Shown: positions 1-11,057 of the stretch, piece by piece | Layout: every line of letters starts with the position of its first letter | Numbering within the stretch: the first letter of the stretch is position 1 | Assembly: GCF_006345805.1 (NCBI RefSeq) | Contig: NC_043001.1 | Location: 43,958,001 to 44,022,000, forward strand | From: Octopus sinensis | Taxonomy: Eukaryota | Direction of reading: 5' to 3' | DNA: 64,000 bases | Notes under the pieces: generated by a model | What the model was told of the DNA's origin: nothing | Database searches by the model: none | Seen by the model: the letters and a program-made list of their open reading frames with translations, nothing else | Made by a program: the position numbers and the translations under genes

Positions 1-27
1 ATAGACAGACAGACAGATAGATAAACT

Positions 28-97
<70 letters not shown>

Positions 98-100
98 GAG
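1..100. repeat. (GATA)n microsatellite
   Basis: Direct tandem AGAT repeats at the window start. Confidence 0.95.
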
Positions 101-889
101 AGATAGGAAGGAGAGACAGAAAGAAAAGTGGGTTCCACTAGGCTGACTCTCTCTCAATACACGTAATCAGTAGTGTTCTTATGAGTTATATACCATATCT
201 GCAAACTATAATTTGCTAATGCAACAACCTAATATAATCAATACGGCTCGTTAGTTTTGATACCCCGCATCTAACCACACAATTCTTTACACAACTGCAA
301 TGTCAGAATCCCACATATTCATAAAATCACATAGTTAACAGTACAAATGATTTGTTTGTTGACTTCGTCCTTCGTAACTGATTGTCGTAAGCGGTTCACT
401 TCATGTAAGCATTTAAACTTACTCATTAACAGATGACTTAATAATAATTCACTCTGAAACCATACACGACTGTTATGTTCAACGAGTACACACTTCTTCA
501 ATGACCGTGACCGAGAACGTTTTATGATAATTCTAACCTTGGATTTCCGTTTGGTTTGTCGTATCTAAATTAATTCTAAAAGCAAAAAAGTCAATATTCT
601 GATGGCCACATTCAACAGGGAAGTGAAAATCATAGGCGTTTCTGCTTCAGACGTTAAACAGATGAAAAATGTTGAAAATACGATTAGTCACAGATGATTA
701 GTAAATGAAATCATAGACACCCGATACTAATATTTCTGTAAAATTTAATGAATTCTTAATCGTATAGTTTTTCGTCACAGAAATTCTTAACAGCTTATAC
801 GATACCACTATGAATACGTAATTCAGTTGATGGAACAACTTGAATTCTCAACGTTAAAATCGATGAGAGGTCTCGTATGTATATATGTA

Positions 890-1752
890 CAGGGTGTTCC
901 AAAAGTTACTGATGGGTTTCAGTTTTTAATAACTTCCTTAATTTTACAAATTAATGCACGAAATTTTGAAACAATATAAAGGACATAATGGAAATTAATA
1001 TGCACAAGTCAAATTTTGCCACACCACTACATCACATATGAAAAATGACATCACTTAAATGGCAGCCGTTTTCGGCTTCGCTCGCCCGTGCTCTTTCCAA
1101 ACCTTGCACCATAACATTCTCAAGAGTTTCAGACCCCATTTCTCTGATTTCTCTATTAATGTTCTCCTTCAGTTACACCAGGGTCTCTGGTTTGTTGACA
1201 TAAACTCTCTCTTTCAGGTATCCATGGTTGAGACCTTTTTTCGCCCAGCCATTCAAAATAGACCTCACACATGGTTCTGGCAAGATGGAGCAACTGCTCA
1301 TACCACAAGAGAAACAATGCAGTTGCTACGGCAGTGCTTTAGAGAGAGAATATTCTCCCGCTACGGCAATGTCTACTGGCCTTCACGTTCCCCAGACTTG
1401 CCCAGCCCGGATTTTTTCTTGTGGTTATACCTGAAAGAGAGGGCTTACGTCAATAAACCGGAGAACCTAGTGCAATTTCAGGAGAACATCAATAGAGAAA
1501 TCAGAGAAGTGGGGTCTGAAACTTTTGAGGGTGCAAGTTTTGGAAAGAGCACGGGCGTGCGAATCCGAAAATGGCTGCCATTTAAGCGATGTCATTTTTT
1601 ATATGTGATGTAGTGGTGTTGCAAAATTTGACATGTGCTTATTAATTTCCATTATGTCCTTTATATTGTATCAAGATTTCATGCATTTATTTGCAAAATT
1701 AAGGAAGTTTAATTAAAAATTGAAACCCTTCAGTGGATTTGGGGACACGCTG
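890..1752 (+). mobile_element. Non-autonomous Tc1/mariner element, DD41D (rosa/Visitor-like), with about 330-bp imperfect inverted arms
   Basis: TA at 888-889 and 1753-1754. Ends are CAGGGTGTTCC and GGACACGCTG. The central remnant WQDGATAHT...WPSRSPDLPSPDFFLW has 41 residues between the two Asp. Arms about 890-1220 and 1427-1752 are inverted copies. Confidence 0.85.
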
Positions 1753-1849
1753 TATAAATGTATGTATGAATAAAAAGATCTTGTTATCTTTTTATTAGAA
1801 AGAGATTTCTAAATGCATATGTGAGTACTATACTTTAATCCAGACATGC

Positions 1850-2082
1850 ATTTATACATACATGGATCATGCATGTATACATACATACATACATGCATGC
1901 ATACATACATGCATGCATACATACATACATACATACATACATACATACATACATGCATGCATGCATGCATACATGCATGCATACATACATACATACATAC
2001 ATAACATACATACACACATACATACATACATACATACAAACACGTGCATCCGAGCCTACGCGCGTGCATACATGCAGGGATG

Positions 2083-2128
<46 letters not shown>

Positions 2129-2158
2129 ACACACACACACACACAGACACACACACAT
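1850..2158. repeat. Compound (TACA)n/(CA)n microsatellite
   Basis: Direct tandem repeats; these explain the spurious MYVC/HT ORFs. Confidence 0.95.
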
Positions 2159-3338
2159 TTTGGTTCGTTTTATCCATCACGACTTTGAGAATCAGTACTC
2201 TCGTCTTTAGATGACCATATGAATATATTCATGGTCATATACTTAATTGAAAAGAAAATCATAGGCGTTCCTAATTCCGAGGTTAAACAGATGAAAATGC
2301 TCCGATTAGTCACAGAATATTAACCAGTCAAATCATACATGTCTGATACAAATATTTATGTCATATTGGATAAATTTTTACTTATTTATTTATTTATTTA
2401 TTTATTTATTTTGATATAAGAATGATTTCAGTTGTTGATTTTTTTCCTGTTTGAAACTATCGACTTTCTTGCGTTTTCTTTCGTGTTTGCATGTATTAGC
2501 TACACCTTTTTCTTTAGTTTACCTAGGTGGATATACTACCTCGCTTAGGGTGGCACTGACCACTTCCGTGAGATGAACTCAAAGGTGTATTTGCATCCAT
2601 TAATTTCTTTTGACTTGCATCATAAAAGTGTAAACCGTTTATACTGTAGGCTAGTTAATGAACTAGTCGGCAGAAAAGGCACTTCCGATGAGGCGGATAA
2701 CAAGATCGGGGCTTTAGGAGTGGATCGTTCTTCGTCTCGTTTCTAAATATTTGGGACGCAATAAACAACGGTTCAACAAATCACTGTTGTTATAGTAGAA
2801 AGGATTATTAACGTCACAAGTGAAATAACTATAATATATTGTTATCAAAAACAATTTACTAACGCTGTTTACAGGAATTCTACCCTTTATTCAGCTGTTA
2901 CTAGATGAAGTAGTTCTTAGTTTATAGTTCGATGAATAGCGAGTTGTTTTGCAAGAGAAACTATTTTCTTTGTGGGGTAAACTATATGACCGGGTAGTAA
3001 TGCAGTGATTAAATAGAATATATCCAGTACCAGTGGGGTAAATTAAGATTTTCCAGAAGACTTATCTTTAAATCTACTTTTAAATCTAATAACTATATTA
3101 TTGTGTTTCATACAAGATTATCCTACCTGACAAAAGCAATAAACTCATCGATATTATAACTGACGATTTATCTTAATCCAAGGATTACAGCATTATATAA
3201 TGTGTAATATATTAAGATTTACAGAGGAAAATTCTTACTATTTTCATGCTTTTGTATTTCTTACAGAACATTTGCAGTTCAAAATCTTATTTAGACAATA
3301 AGCTAAATTTTGTTGATTAGAGATTTACTCAAAAGAAT

Positions 3339-3756
3339 TGTAGTGATGCTACAGTGTAGGGTTCGGCGCGCATGCGCAGAATGGGACTACTTCCGGGTGG
3401 CCACCGGAAGTCTTCCCCATGCGCATGTGCGGGAAAACATCTCTCGAGCCCGCGAACCTCAAATCTCTCTCTTCGGCTCAAGACAGCACTGCGATCGGTC
3501 ACGGTTTTCCTGGCTCTGACAGCCACACACCAGCTTCAACCAACTTCAACCAACCTCAACGACCAACACCAGCAGTATCTCAGAGGCTGTCTATTCCCCC
3601 ATCAGACAACGTACAACCATGAATCAATAAACCAAGTTGTCTGTTCACCTTTAACCTGAGTTTCGTCTGTTTGTTTTCTACAAGAATTTTTGTATGTGAC
3701 TAGAAAGGATCTCGACACCCTGCCAGTGCTTCGATGATAGATCCTTTCACGTTACA
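3339..3756 (+). repeat. 5' LTR (418 bp)
   Basis: Starts TGTAGTGATG and ends CACGTTACA. Identical by eye to 8507-8924 (offset 5168; overlapping ORF translations identical). AATAAA at 3626-3631. Confidence 0.95.
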
Positions 3757-3913
3757 ATTATTCTTGTAGAAAACAAACAGACGAAACCAAGTTGTCTGTT
3801 CACCTTTAACCTGAGTTTCGTCTGTTTGTTTTCTACAAGAATTTTTGTATGTGACTAGAAAGGATCTCGACACCCTGCCAGTGCTTCGATGATAGATCCT
3901 TTCACGTTACAAT

Positions 3914-3931
3914 TGGTGACCCCGACGTGAT
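3914..3931 (+). promoter_or_regulatory. Primer-binding site complementary to the 3' end of tRNA-Trp
   Basis: TGGTGACCCCGACGTGAT is the reverse complement of the eukaryotic tRNA-Trp 3' end (ATCACGTCGGGGTCA-CCA). It directly follows a duplicated LTR end. Confidence 0.9.
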
Positions 3932-4302
3932 TGACTCTGTTTCTCGTTCCGGCTGGTGCTGGTACCATTCGAGATATGCCGAGAAGGCAGATCGGTGTAC
4001 CCAGCCGTGCACTTTCAAGCCCTCGGAAAACTAAATCCGGAGGAGGTGAGCACGTCACCTTCTTCCATCTCGTTTCCCAAACATCGTGCATTCTATGTAA
4101 AAGATCTGGTGTCGAAGACATTCTTCATGCAAGACAATCGAAGAGCGCTTGGGCTTGTCTGCAGCCAGACGAAGGGGCCAGATGCTGCAACAGGAGCCGG
4201 TGTCTACCATGAAGAATGTCTTCGACACCAGATCTTTTACATAGAATGCACGATGTTTGGGAAACGAGATGGAAGAAGGTGACGTGCTCACCTCCTCCGG
4301 AT

Positions 4303-4904
4303 TTAGTTTTCCGAGGGCTTGAAAGTGCACGGCTGGGTACACCGATCTGCCTTCTCGGCATATCTCGAATGGTACCAGCACCAGCCGGAACGAGAAACAG
4401 AGTCACTCCGACTGCGGGAAATAGAGCTACTGCGACTACGAGATTGGCGTCCGATCGCACGGCACAGATCATCGATCCTCCGCGTAAGCGCGTCGATGTT
4501 CTCGGCCAGTTTATCGTTCGTCGGAGGGGTCGGGGGGGGGGCTCTGTGCATGCGTACAGGCCCCGCGAGGGAGATGGGCGCGAAAACTCCAACACTTTGT
4601 CGGCCATCGTGGCGATCTGGTCCACAGACACAGCATCCAGTGCCGTGGCCAACATTGTCTGCACGTGGGCAGGCAGCCTTGAGAAAAATATCTTGCGTAA
4701 GAGCGGCGCGTCAGCGGCGTTGCCGCTTAGCTCTCTTAGATGGCGCAGAAATTGGGATGGAGTTCTGTCCCCTAACTGCTCGTCGGCCATCAGTTCATTA
4801 AACTGACATTCCTCTGAGCGCGTGTTGCGACGGAGGATCTCCGCCTTTACTGACGCATATGTGGCGTCAGGATGGGGACTCACAATGAGATCCCTGACCG
4901 ATGC
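4303..4904 (-). pseudogene. gag: Inverted gag segment of the LTR element (capsid region to CHCC knuckle)
   Basis: Minus-strand translation SVRDLIVSPHPDATY...LGDRTPSQFLRHLREL...IFFSRLP...MADKVLE, then via a poly-C frameshift ...GWCWYHSRYAEKADRCTQPCTFKPSEN*. The gag N-terminus is absent. Confidence 0.85.
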
Positions 4905-5149
4905 GGGGCCTGTACGCATGCACAGAGCCCCCCCGACCCCTCCGACGAACGATAAACTGGCCGAGAACATCGACGCGCTTACGCGGAGGATCGATGATCT
5001 GTGCCGTGCGATCGGACGCCAATCTCGTAGTCGCAGTAGCTCTATTTCCCGCAGTCGGAGTGACTCTGTTTCTCGTCCGGCTGGTGCTGGTACCATTCGA
5101 GATATGCCGAAAGGCAGATCGGTGTACCCAGCCGTGCACTTTCAAGCCC

Positions 5150-8100
5150 TCGGAAAACTAAATCCGGAGGAGGTGAGCACGTCACCTTCTTCCATCTCGT
5201 TTCCCAAACATCGTGCATTCTATGTAAAAGATCTGGTGTCGAAGACATTCTTCATGGTAGACACCGGCTCCTGTTGCAGCATCTGGCCCCTTCGTCTGGC
5301 TGCAGACAAGCCCAAGCGCTCTTCGATTGTCTTGCATGCTATTGACTCGTCTCCCATAACCACTTACGGTCAGGTTTCGCTGCGCCTCAACCTCAACTTC
5401 GTCGAGATTTTCGATGGGTTTTCGTCATCGCTGACATCCCACATCCTATTCTCGGCGCTGATTTCCTGGATAGGTTTAACCTATGGTGGATGTCAGGGGT
5501 CGGAGGCTTCTTGATAGCACGACGTCGCTCTCTACACCGACTGGGAGTTCACCACTGCGGTCCTTAGCCCGGCATTCTTTGTTGCCACCTCTGGAGACCC
5601 TTTTCACTCTCTTTTGGTTTCATTTCCGGAGCTAGTGGACATTGCCTTTAAACCGGAAAATCCTACCCACTCGACCCTCCATTTCATCACCACCAATGGG
5701 CCACCTGTATTCTCACGCCCCCGGCGCCTAGCGCCAGACCGACTTAAAACGGCCAGAGCCGAGTTTGAGCACATGCTTCAACTTGGCATTATACGCCCCT
5801 CCACCAGCCCATGGGCATCTCCCCTTCATTTGGCGCGAAGGGCGAGTCTGATTTTCGCCCGGTTGGAGACTATCGACGCCTCAATGCCGTCACAATAGCC
5901 GATCGCTATCCGATTAGAAATCTCCGGGACTTTACAGCAAATCTCCATGGTTGTACATTTTTTTCGAAGGTCGATCTGATACGCGCTTACCACCAAATAC
6001 CGGTCAACCCAGCCGACGTTCCAAAAACTGCAATCACTACCCCGTTTGGGTGTTTTGAGTTTTTGTACATGAGTTTCGGTTTGCGGAATGCTACTAGCAC
6101 CTTCCAGCGTTTCATTGATGAGGTTGTCCGCGGTCTTGATTTTGTGTTTGCCTATGTCGATGACATACTCATTGCGAGCGACACACGAGAAAATCATCTC
6201 CGGCACCTTTCTCAACTCTTCCAGCGTCTTCGCGCGTATAGCATACGCATAAACCCCGACAAGTGTGTTTTCGGACGCTCTTCCCTAGATTTTCTAGGGC
6301 ATCATATTGATTCGACTGGAATCAGCCCCCTCTCGTCAAAAGTCGATGCCATTCAACGCATCGCACCCCCCACTTCCTTGCGCCAGCTCAGGCATTATCT
6401 AGGGATGGTCAATTTCTACCGACGCTTCATTCCCGGTTGTGCAGATAAGCTGCTACCTCTCACCAGGCTGTTAAAGGACTCTCCTAGAAAGGACAGTCAA
6501 GTCACCCTCTCTGTTGAGGCAGTGACAGCCTTTGAGTCCATTAAGAAGGAGCTGGCTTCTGTTTCTTTGCTTGCACATCCAGTTCCTGGTGCTTCTCTCT
6601 CTTTGACTGTGGACGCATCGGACACTGCGATTGGCGCTGTGTTACAACACACAGTGGATGACCATGTTCGACCTCTAGCCTTCTTTTCCCGTCAACTGCA
6701 ACCAGCTGAACGACGATACAGCACCTTTGATCGTGAGCTCCTAGCGATCTATCTATCGGTTCGTCATTTCCAGCATCAACTTGAAGGGCGAGATTTTGTG
6801 ATCTATACGGATCACAAGCCCCTTACGTTTGCCCTGTTTTCAAAAACGGACAAACTCTCACCCCGTGCTTTTCGGCACCTGGATTTTATCTCTCAATTTA
6901 CTAGCAACATTCGACACATACCTGGAAAAGAGAACGTTCCTGCTGACGCTCTCTCTCGCCTTCCAGTTTGCGCCCTTTCGTCTCCTGCTGCTATCGACTT
7001 AGCTGCCATATCGCAGGAGCAGCCACCTTTGGCGTCGTTAGATTTAACTTCTCCCAAGTTCTCCTGTTGCCAGTTTTCCTACCTTCCGCTTCCGTCAGCC
7101 GAAGGCACCATTCTTTGTGACACTTCAACTGGATCTCCCAGGCCACTGGTGCCTGAGACCCATCAACGCTCAGTGTTTGAAGCACTGCACTCCTTATCAC
7201 ATCCTGGCATCGCTGCCACCCTCAAAAACTCACTGCTCGGTTTTTCTGGCCGAATATGCGTCGCACAATTACTTCTTGGACACGCACCTGCTCCAAGTGT
7301 CAACGATCCAAGATTCAACGGCACGTTCGTGCCCCGCTTGGACAATTTCCCCCCACGGAGGCCCGTTTTCGCCATGTCCACATCGATCTGGTTGGACCAT
7401 GGCCTGTGAGTCGCGGGTTCTCTTATCTATTAACTTGTGTCGATCGTTTCTCCCGCTGGCCAGAAGCCATTCCGATAGCAGACATTTCTGCTGAGACTGT
7501 TGCGCGAGCTTTCGTTTCAAACTGGATTTCTCGCTTCGGAGTCCCGTCCCGATTGACAACTGATCGTGGACGACAGTTTGAGGCCTCGCTATTTCGCGAA
7601 TTGTCGCGAATTTTGGGTATGCACCATATCCACACCACAAGCTACCATCCAGCGTCTAATGGATTGGTTGAGCGGTTCCATAGACAGCTCAAGGCCGCTC
7701 TTCGTGCCTCTTCGGACCCACAGTCCTGGATCGAATTTCTGCCCATTGTGCTTCTCGGCTGTCGGACTGCTGTCAAGGCAGACCTGGGGTTTTCTGCTGC
7801 AGAGCTGCTGTATGGTACCACACTGGCATTGCCCGGTACGATGTTGGTGCCAGACACTTCCCCGCCCCATGATCCGGCGACCTATGTCACCAGACTGCGG
7901 GAATATTTTTCAAACCTTCCGCCCATGCTTCCCAGAAAGCAATCTCCACCGTCCCATCTTCCACCGGATATGAACACCTGGTCGCATGTTTTTGTTCGGG
8001 ACGATTCTGTGAAGGGCCCACTTGTTTCTCCCTATAAAGGACCTTTTCGTGTGCTTTCTCGCACACCAAAGGTTTTCACGATTGAGATAAATGGTCGTTC

Positions 8101-8377
8101 GGAGACCGTTTCCGTGGACCGTTTAAAAAAGGCACATTTTGAGACGTCTTCATCTTTTGATGACAACCTTGACACACCCACCTATGCACCTTTAACAACA
8201 CTTTCACCTGCACAAACGCCTTCACCTGCACAAACGCCTTCACCTGCACAAACACCTTCACCGGCTCCTACAACACCACCCTCGCCGTCAACGGGTGCCC
8301 CGAGCACACCGTATGTTACAAAATCGGGCAGAACAGTGCATTGGCCCAAGAAACTTTCAAAAACAATTTACATTTAA
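5150..8377 (+). pseudogene. pol: pol polyprotein (protease, RT, RNase H, integrase with GPY/F module), split by several frameshifts
   Basis: FMVDTGS (PR), AYVDDILI (RT), VDASDTAIGAVL and ERRYSTFDRELLAIY (RH), [32 protein letters not shown] (IN), YKGPFRVL (GPY/F). pol overlaps the gag end in the -1 frame at GGAAAAC (5152-5158). Confidence 0.93.
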
Positions 8378-8494
8378 CTTTCTTTAAAATGTTTCTTATT
8401 GTATAATAGTATGTACCAAGTCTTCTGGGGGATCGGCAAGCCTTCTGTTTTCTGCAGCACCACCACAATATTCTGGTTGCCGTACTTCGCACTC

Positions 8495-8503
8495 GGAGGG
8501 GAG
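8495..8503 (+). promoter_or_regulatory. Polypurine tract
   Basis: GGAGGGGAG ends 3 nt before the 3' LTR. Confidence 0.8.
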
Positions 8504-8506
8504 CCC

Positions 8507-8924
8507 TGTAGTGATGCTACAGTGTAGGGTTCGGCGCGCATGCGCAGAATGGGACTACTTCCGGGTGGCCACCGGAAGTCTTCCCCATGCGCATGTGCGG
8601 GAAAACATCTCTCGAGCCCGCGAACCTCAAATCTCTCTCTTCGGCTCAAGACAGCACTGCGATCGGTCACGGTTTTCCTGGCTCTGACAGCCACACACCA
8701 GCTTCAACCAACTTCAACCAACCTCAACGACCAACACCAGCAGTATCTCAGAGGCTGTCTATTCCCCCATCAGACAACGTACAACCATGAATCAATAAAC
8801 CAAGTTGTCTGTTCACCTTTAACCTGAGTTTCGTCTGTTTGTTTTCTACAAGAATTTTTGTATGTGACTAGAAAGGATCTCGACACCCTGCCAGTGCTTC
8901 GATGATAGATCCTTTCACGTTACA
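8507..8924 (+). repeat. 3' LTR (418 bp)
   Basis: Direct repeat of 3339-3756, followed by the GAAT TSD. Confidence 0.95.
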
Positions 8925-10469
8925 GAATATATTCCGGTATACATTAATGGTACTTGTTTTATCGTCTCTGAAGAAAGGAAAGAGTTAAGACGATCCAAGG
9001 GGAATTCGAACACAAGAAAATGAAGCTAAATACAGGAACGCTTTTATTCTGGAGATTCTCCTAACTTATCACCAAACAACTTAAAAGTTATAAATAACTA
9101 AGAGACGCCATCTGCACAAAAAGCAGTAGTTAAGTTAATGTTAAAATCTTTAATGTAATGAGCATTAAGAAGATAATTAGAAATAATTTTGCGGCGAGGA
9201 AAAAATATCAAAGTTTTAACGCTTTAAGTGCGCGCAAAAGACGACTATCAACATATATGTCGGTATTATCATCATCTAATTAGAGAAATTTCTCTCAAGA
9301 ATTTTATATTCTACACCAACTAACCTACCATCTTGTACATTTACTTATTGATTCTTCCATCGCTATTTTGACAACTATGTTAGACCGATATTTTGCTAAT
9401 GAGATCTTAAGTCTGGCATGATTTGAGTCTCAAGATCGAACGCGAAAAGGCCGAACGTGAAATGATTGAACGTGAGAAGGCCAACTTTCCAATGAACTAA
9501 ACACTTGAAAAACTGAATAATGAGAACTCCAAATTTTGAAATTAAGTCTTACAAAAAACAGATTTAATTTGAGAAGTACATAACATATTTACGTTTTTAA
9601 TATATTACGTAAGAATAGCTATTTTAAGGGAAATTAGAAGATAAACTGCGTTAAAACTTTCGTTTGCAGTTTTAAAATGGGATTTATTTGAGAAACGTAT
9701 TTACTTTTCATTTTGTTTCGCCCGAAAGACTATTCTTGGAAAAATAAGAAGAAAAACTGTCTTAAAAACATTTATGCGTAGTTGTTAAACGGAACTTATT
9801 TAAAGAAACATGGGATTTCTTTCTTTATTTATTACGCTACGACAAAATAATAAGGGCAAGCTCGATATGTTGACCATATTTACTGATAAATAAATAAATA
9901 AATGAATAAATAAATAAAGTGTATTACGAGGAAAGGATATCGAAGATATCAGCGCAAACTTAGTTTGTCGAATATTTCTTTTCTTCAAATTATCTCACTA
10001 TTGAATATTTTCCTTCCTTTTGTTTCAATGCAAACATGAATACACCAAACTATTATAAGGCTGAATTCTGATGCACTAAAAACAGGCTTCTGCGAGGGTT
10101 TATCCTCGTTTGCCCTCATTCTTCCCTAGTGTAAAAAAATTTGGCCTTTTAACCGTTTGATAGGTTTATGTTTGTATTCAAAGGAAGAAGCAAAATATTC
10201 AATAATAAGTTTTAAAGAACAAAAGTATTCACAAAATAAACTATTTAAGCTTTTGGATATATCTTCAATATCATATTCCAGCAATACACTTATTTTGCTT
10301 TTAGTAAATATGCCCACCACATCTCGCTTGTTAATTTGATGTAGAATAATAAAAAAGTAAATATGTTATATGTTTTTAAATGAGGTCCGTTATAAAACTG
10401 TAAGTATTCATTTTTAAGGCGTTTACCTTCGTATTTTCCTTCATAAATGTTTTAAAAATTCCATATTCT

Positions 10470-10870
10470 GGCGCAGGAGTGGCTGTGTGGTAAATAGCTT
10501 GCTAACCAACCATATGGTTCCGGGTTCAGTCCCACTACGTGGCATCTTGGGCAAGTGTCTTCTACTATAGCCTCGTGCCGACCAATGCCTTGTGAGTGGA
10601 TTTGGCAGACGGAAACTGAAAGAAGCCTGTCGTATATATGTATATATATATATATATATGTATGTGTGTCTGTGTTTGTCCCCCTAGCATTGCTTGACAA
10701 CCGATGCTGGTGTGTTTACGTCCCCGTCACTTAGCGGTTCGGCAAAAGAGACCGATAGAATAAGTACTGGGCTTACAAAAGAATAAGTCCCGGGTCGATT
10801 TGCTCGACTAAAAGGCGGTGCTCCAGCATGGCCGCAGTCAAATGACTGAAACAAGTAAAAGAGAAAAGAG
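10470..10870 (+). mobile_element. tRNA-derived composite SINE (head + internal microsatellite + 3' module)
   Basis: A/B-box-like head GGCTGTGTGGT...GGTTCAGTCCC, then TTGGGCAAGTGTCTT body, (TA)n, and the GCTTGACAACC...GTAAAAG module. The same layout recurs in the window. Confidence 0.8.
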
Positions 10871-11005
10871 TAAAAAAGTAATTCTAAGCTGTCGAATTTT
10901 AAAAGTTTTCGGTATTCTGATTTCTAAATAATTTGAAATTCGGCCTTCATATGCTCAGCTTTCTTGCGTTCAGCACCCATCTAGATTTTTCTCCTGTATT
11001 TGCAG

Positions 11006-11057
11006 AAACATTTAAAAACAACATTGGTTATTGGCTATATTGCTTTAGCTTTTTCGC
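11006..11057 (+). CDS. Candidate host-gene exon (frame uncertain)
   Basis: Acceptor TTTTTCTCCTGTATTTGCAG and donor GTAATT. Two open frames: TFKNNIGYWLYCFSFFA (phase-compatible with the 12544 exon) or KHLKTTLVIGYIALAFS. Confidence 0.3.

Larger units (their letters stand above)
3339..8924 (+). mobile_element. Ty3/gypsy LTR retrotransposon, CsRn1/Kabuki/Boudicca-like clade, rearranged 5' region
   Basis: TG...CA LTRs at 3339-3756 and 8507-8924. 4-bp TSD GAAT (3335-3338, 8925-8928). tRNA-Trp PBS, PPT, Gag CHCC motif CWYHSRYAEKADRCTQPC, domain order PR-RT-RH-IN. Confidence 0.95.

Noticed and set aside
1809-2210. Many ORFs of YVCM/HT/IY type here and at 14.3-14.9, 19.9, 22-28, 30, 32.5, 40-44, 56 and 58 kb
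   Set aside because: They are translations of microsatellites, not genes.
3310-3659. Short ORFs inside the LTRs (duplicated at 8374-8827)
   Set aside because: GC-rich LTR sequence with no recognisable motifs; they are duplicated only because the LTR is.
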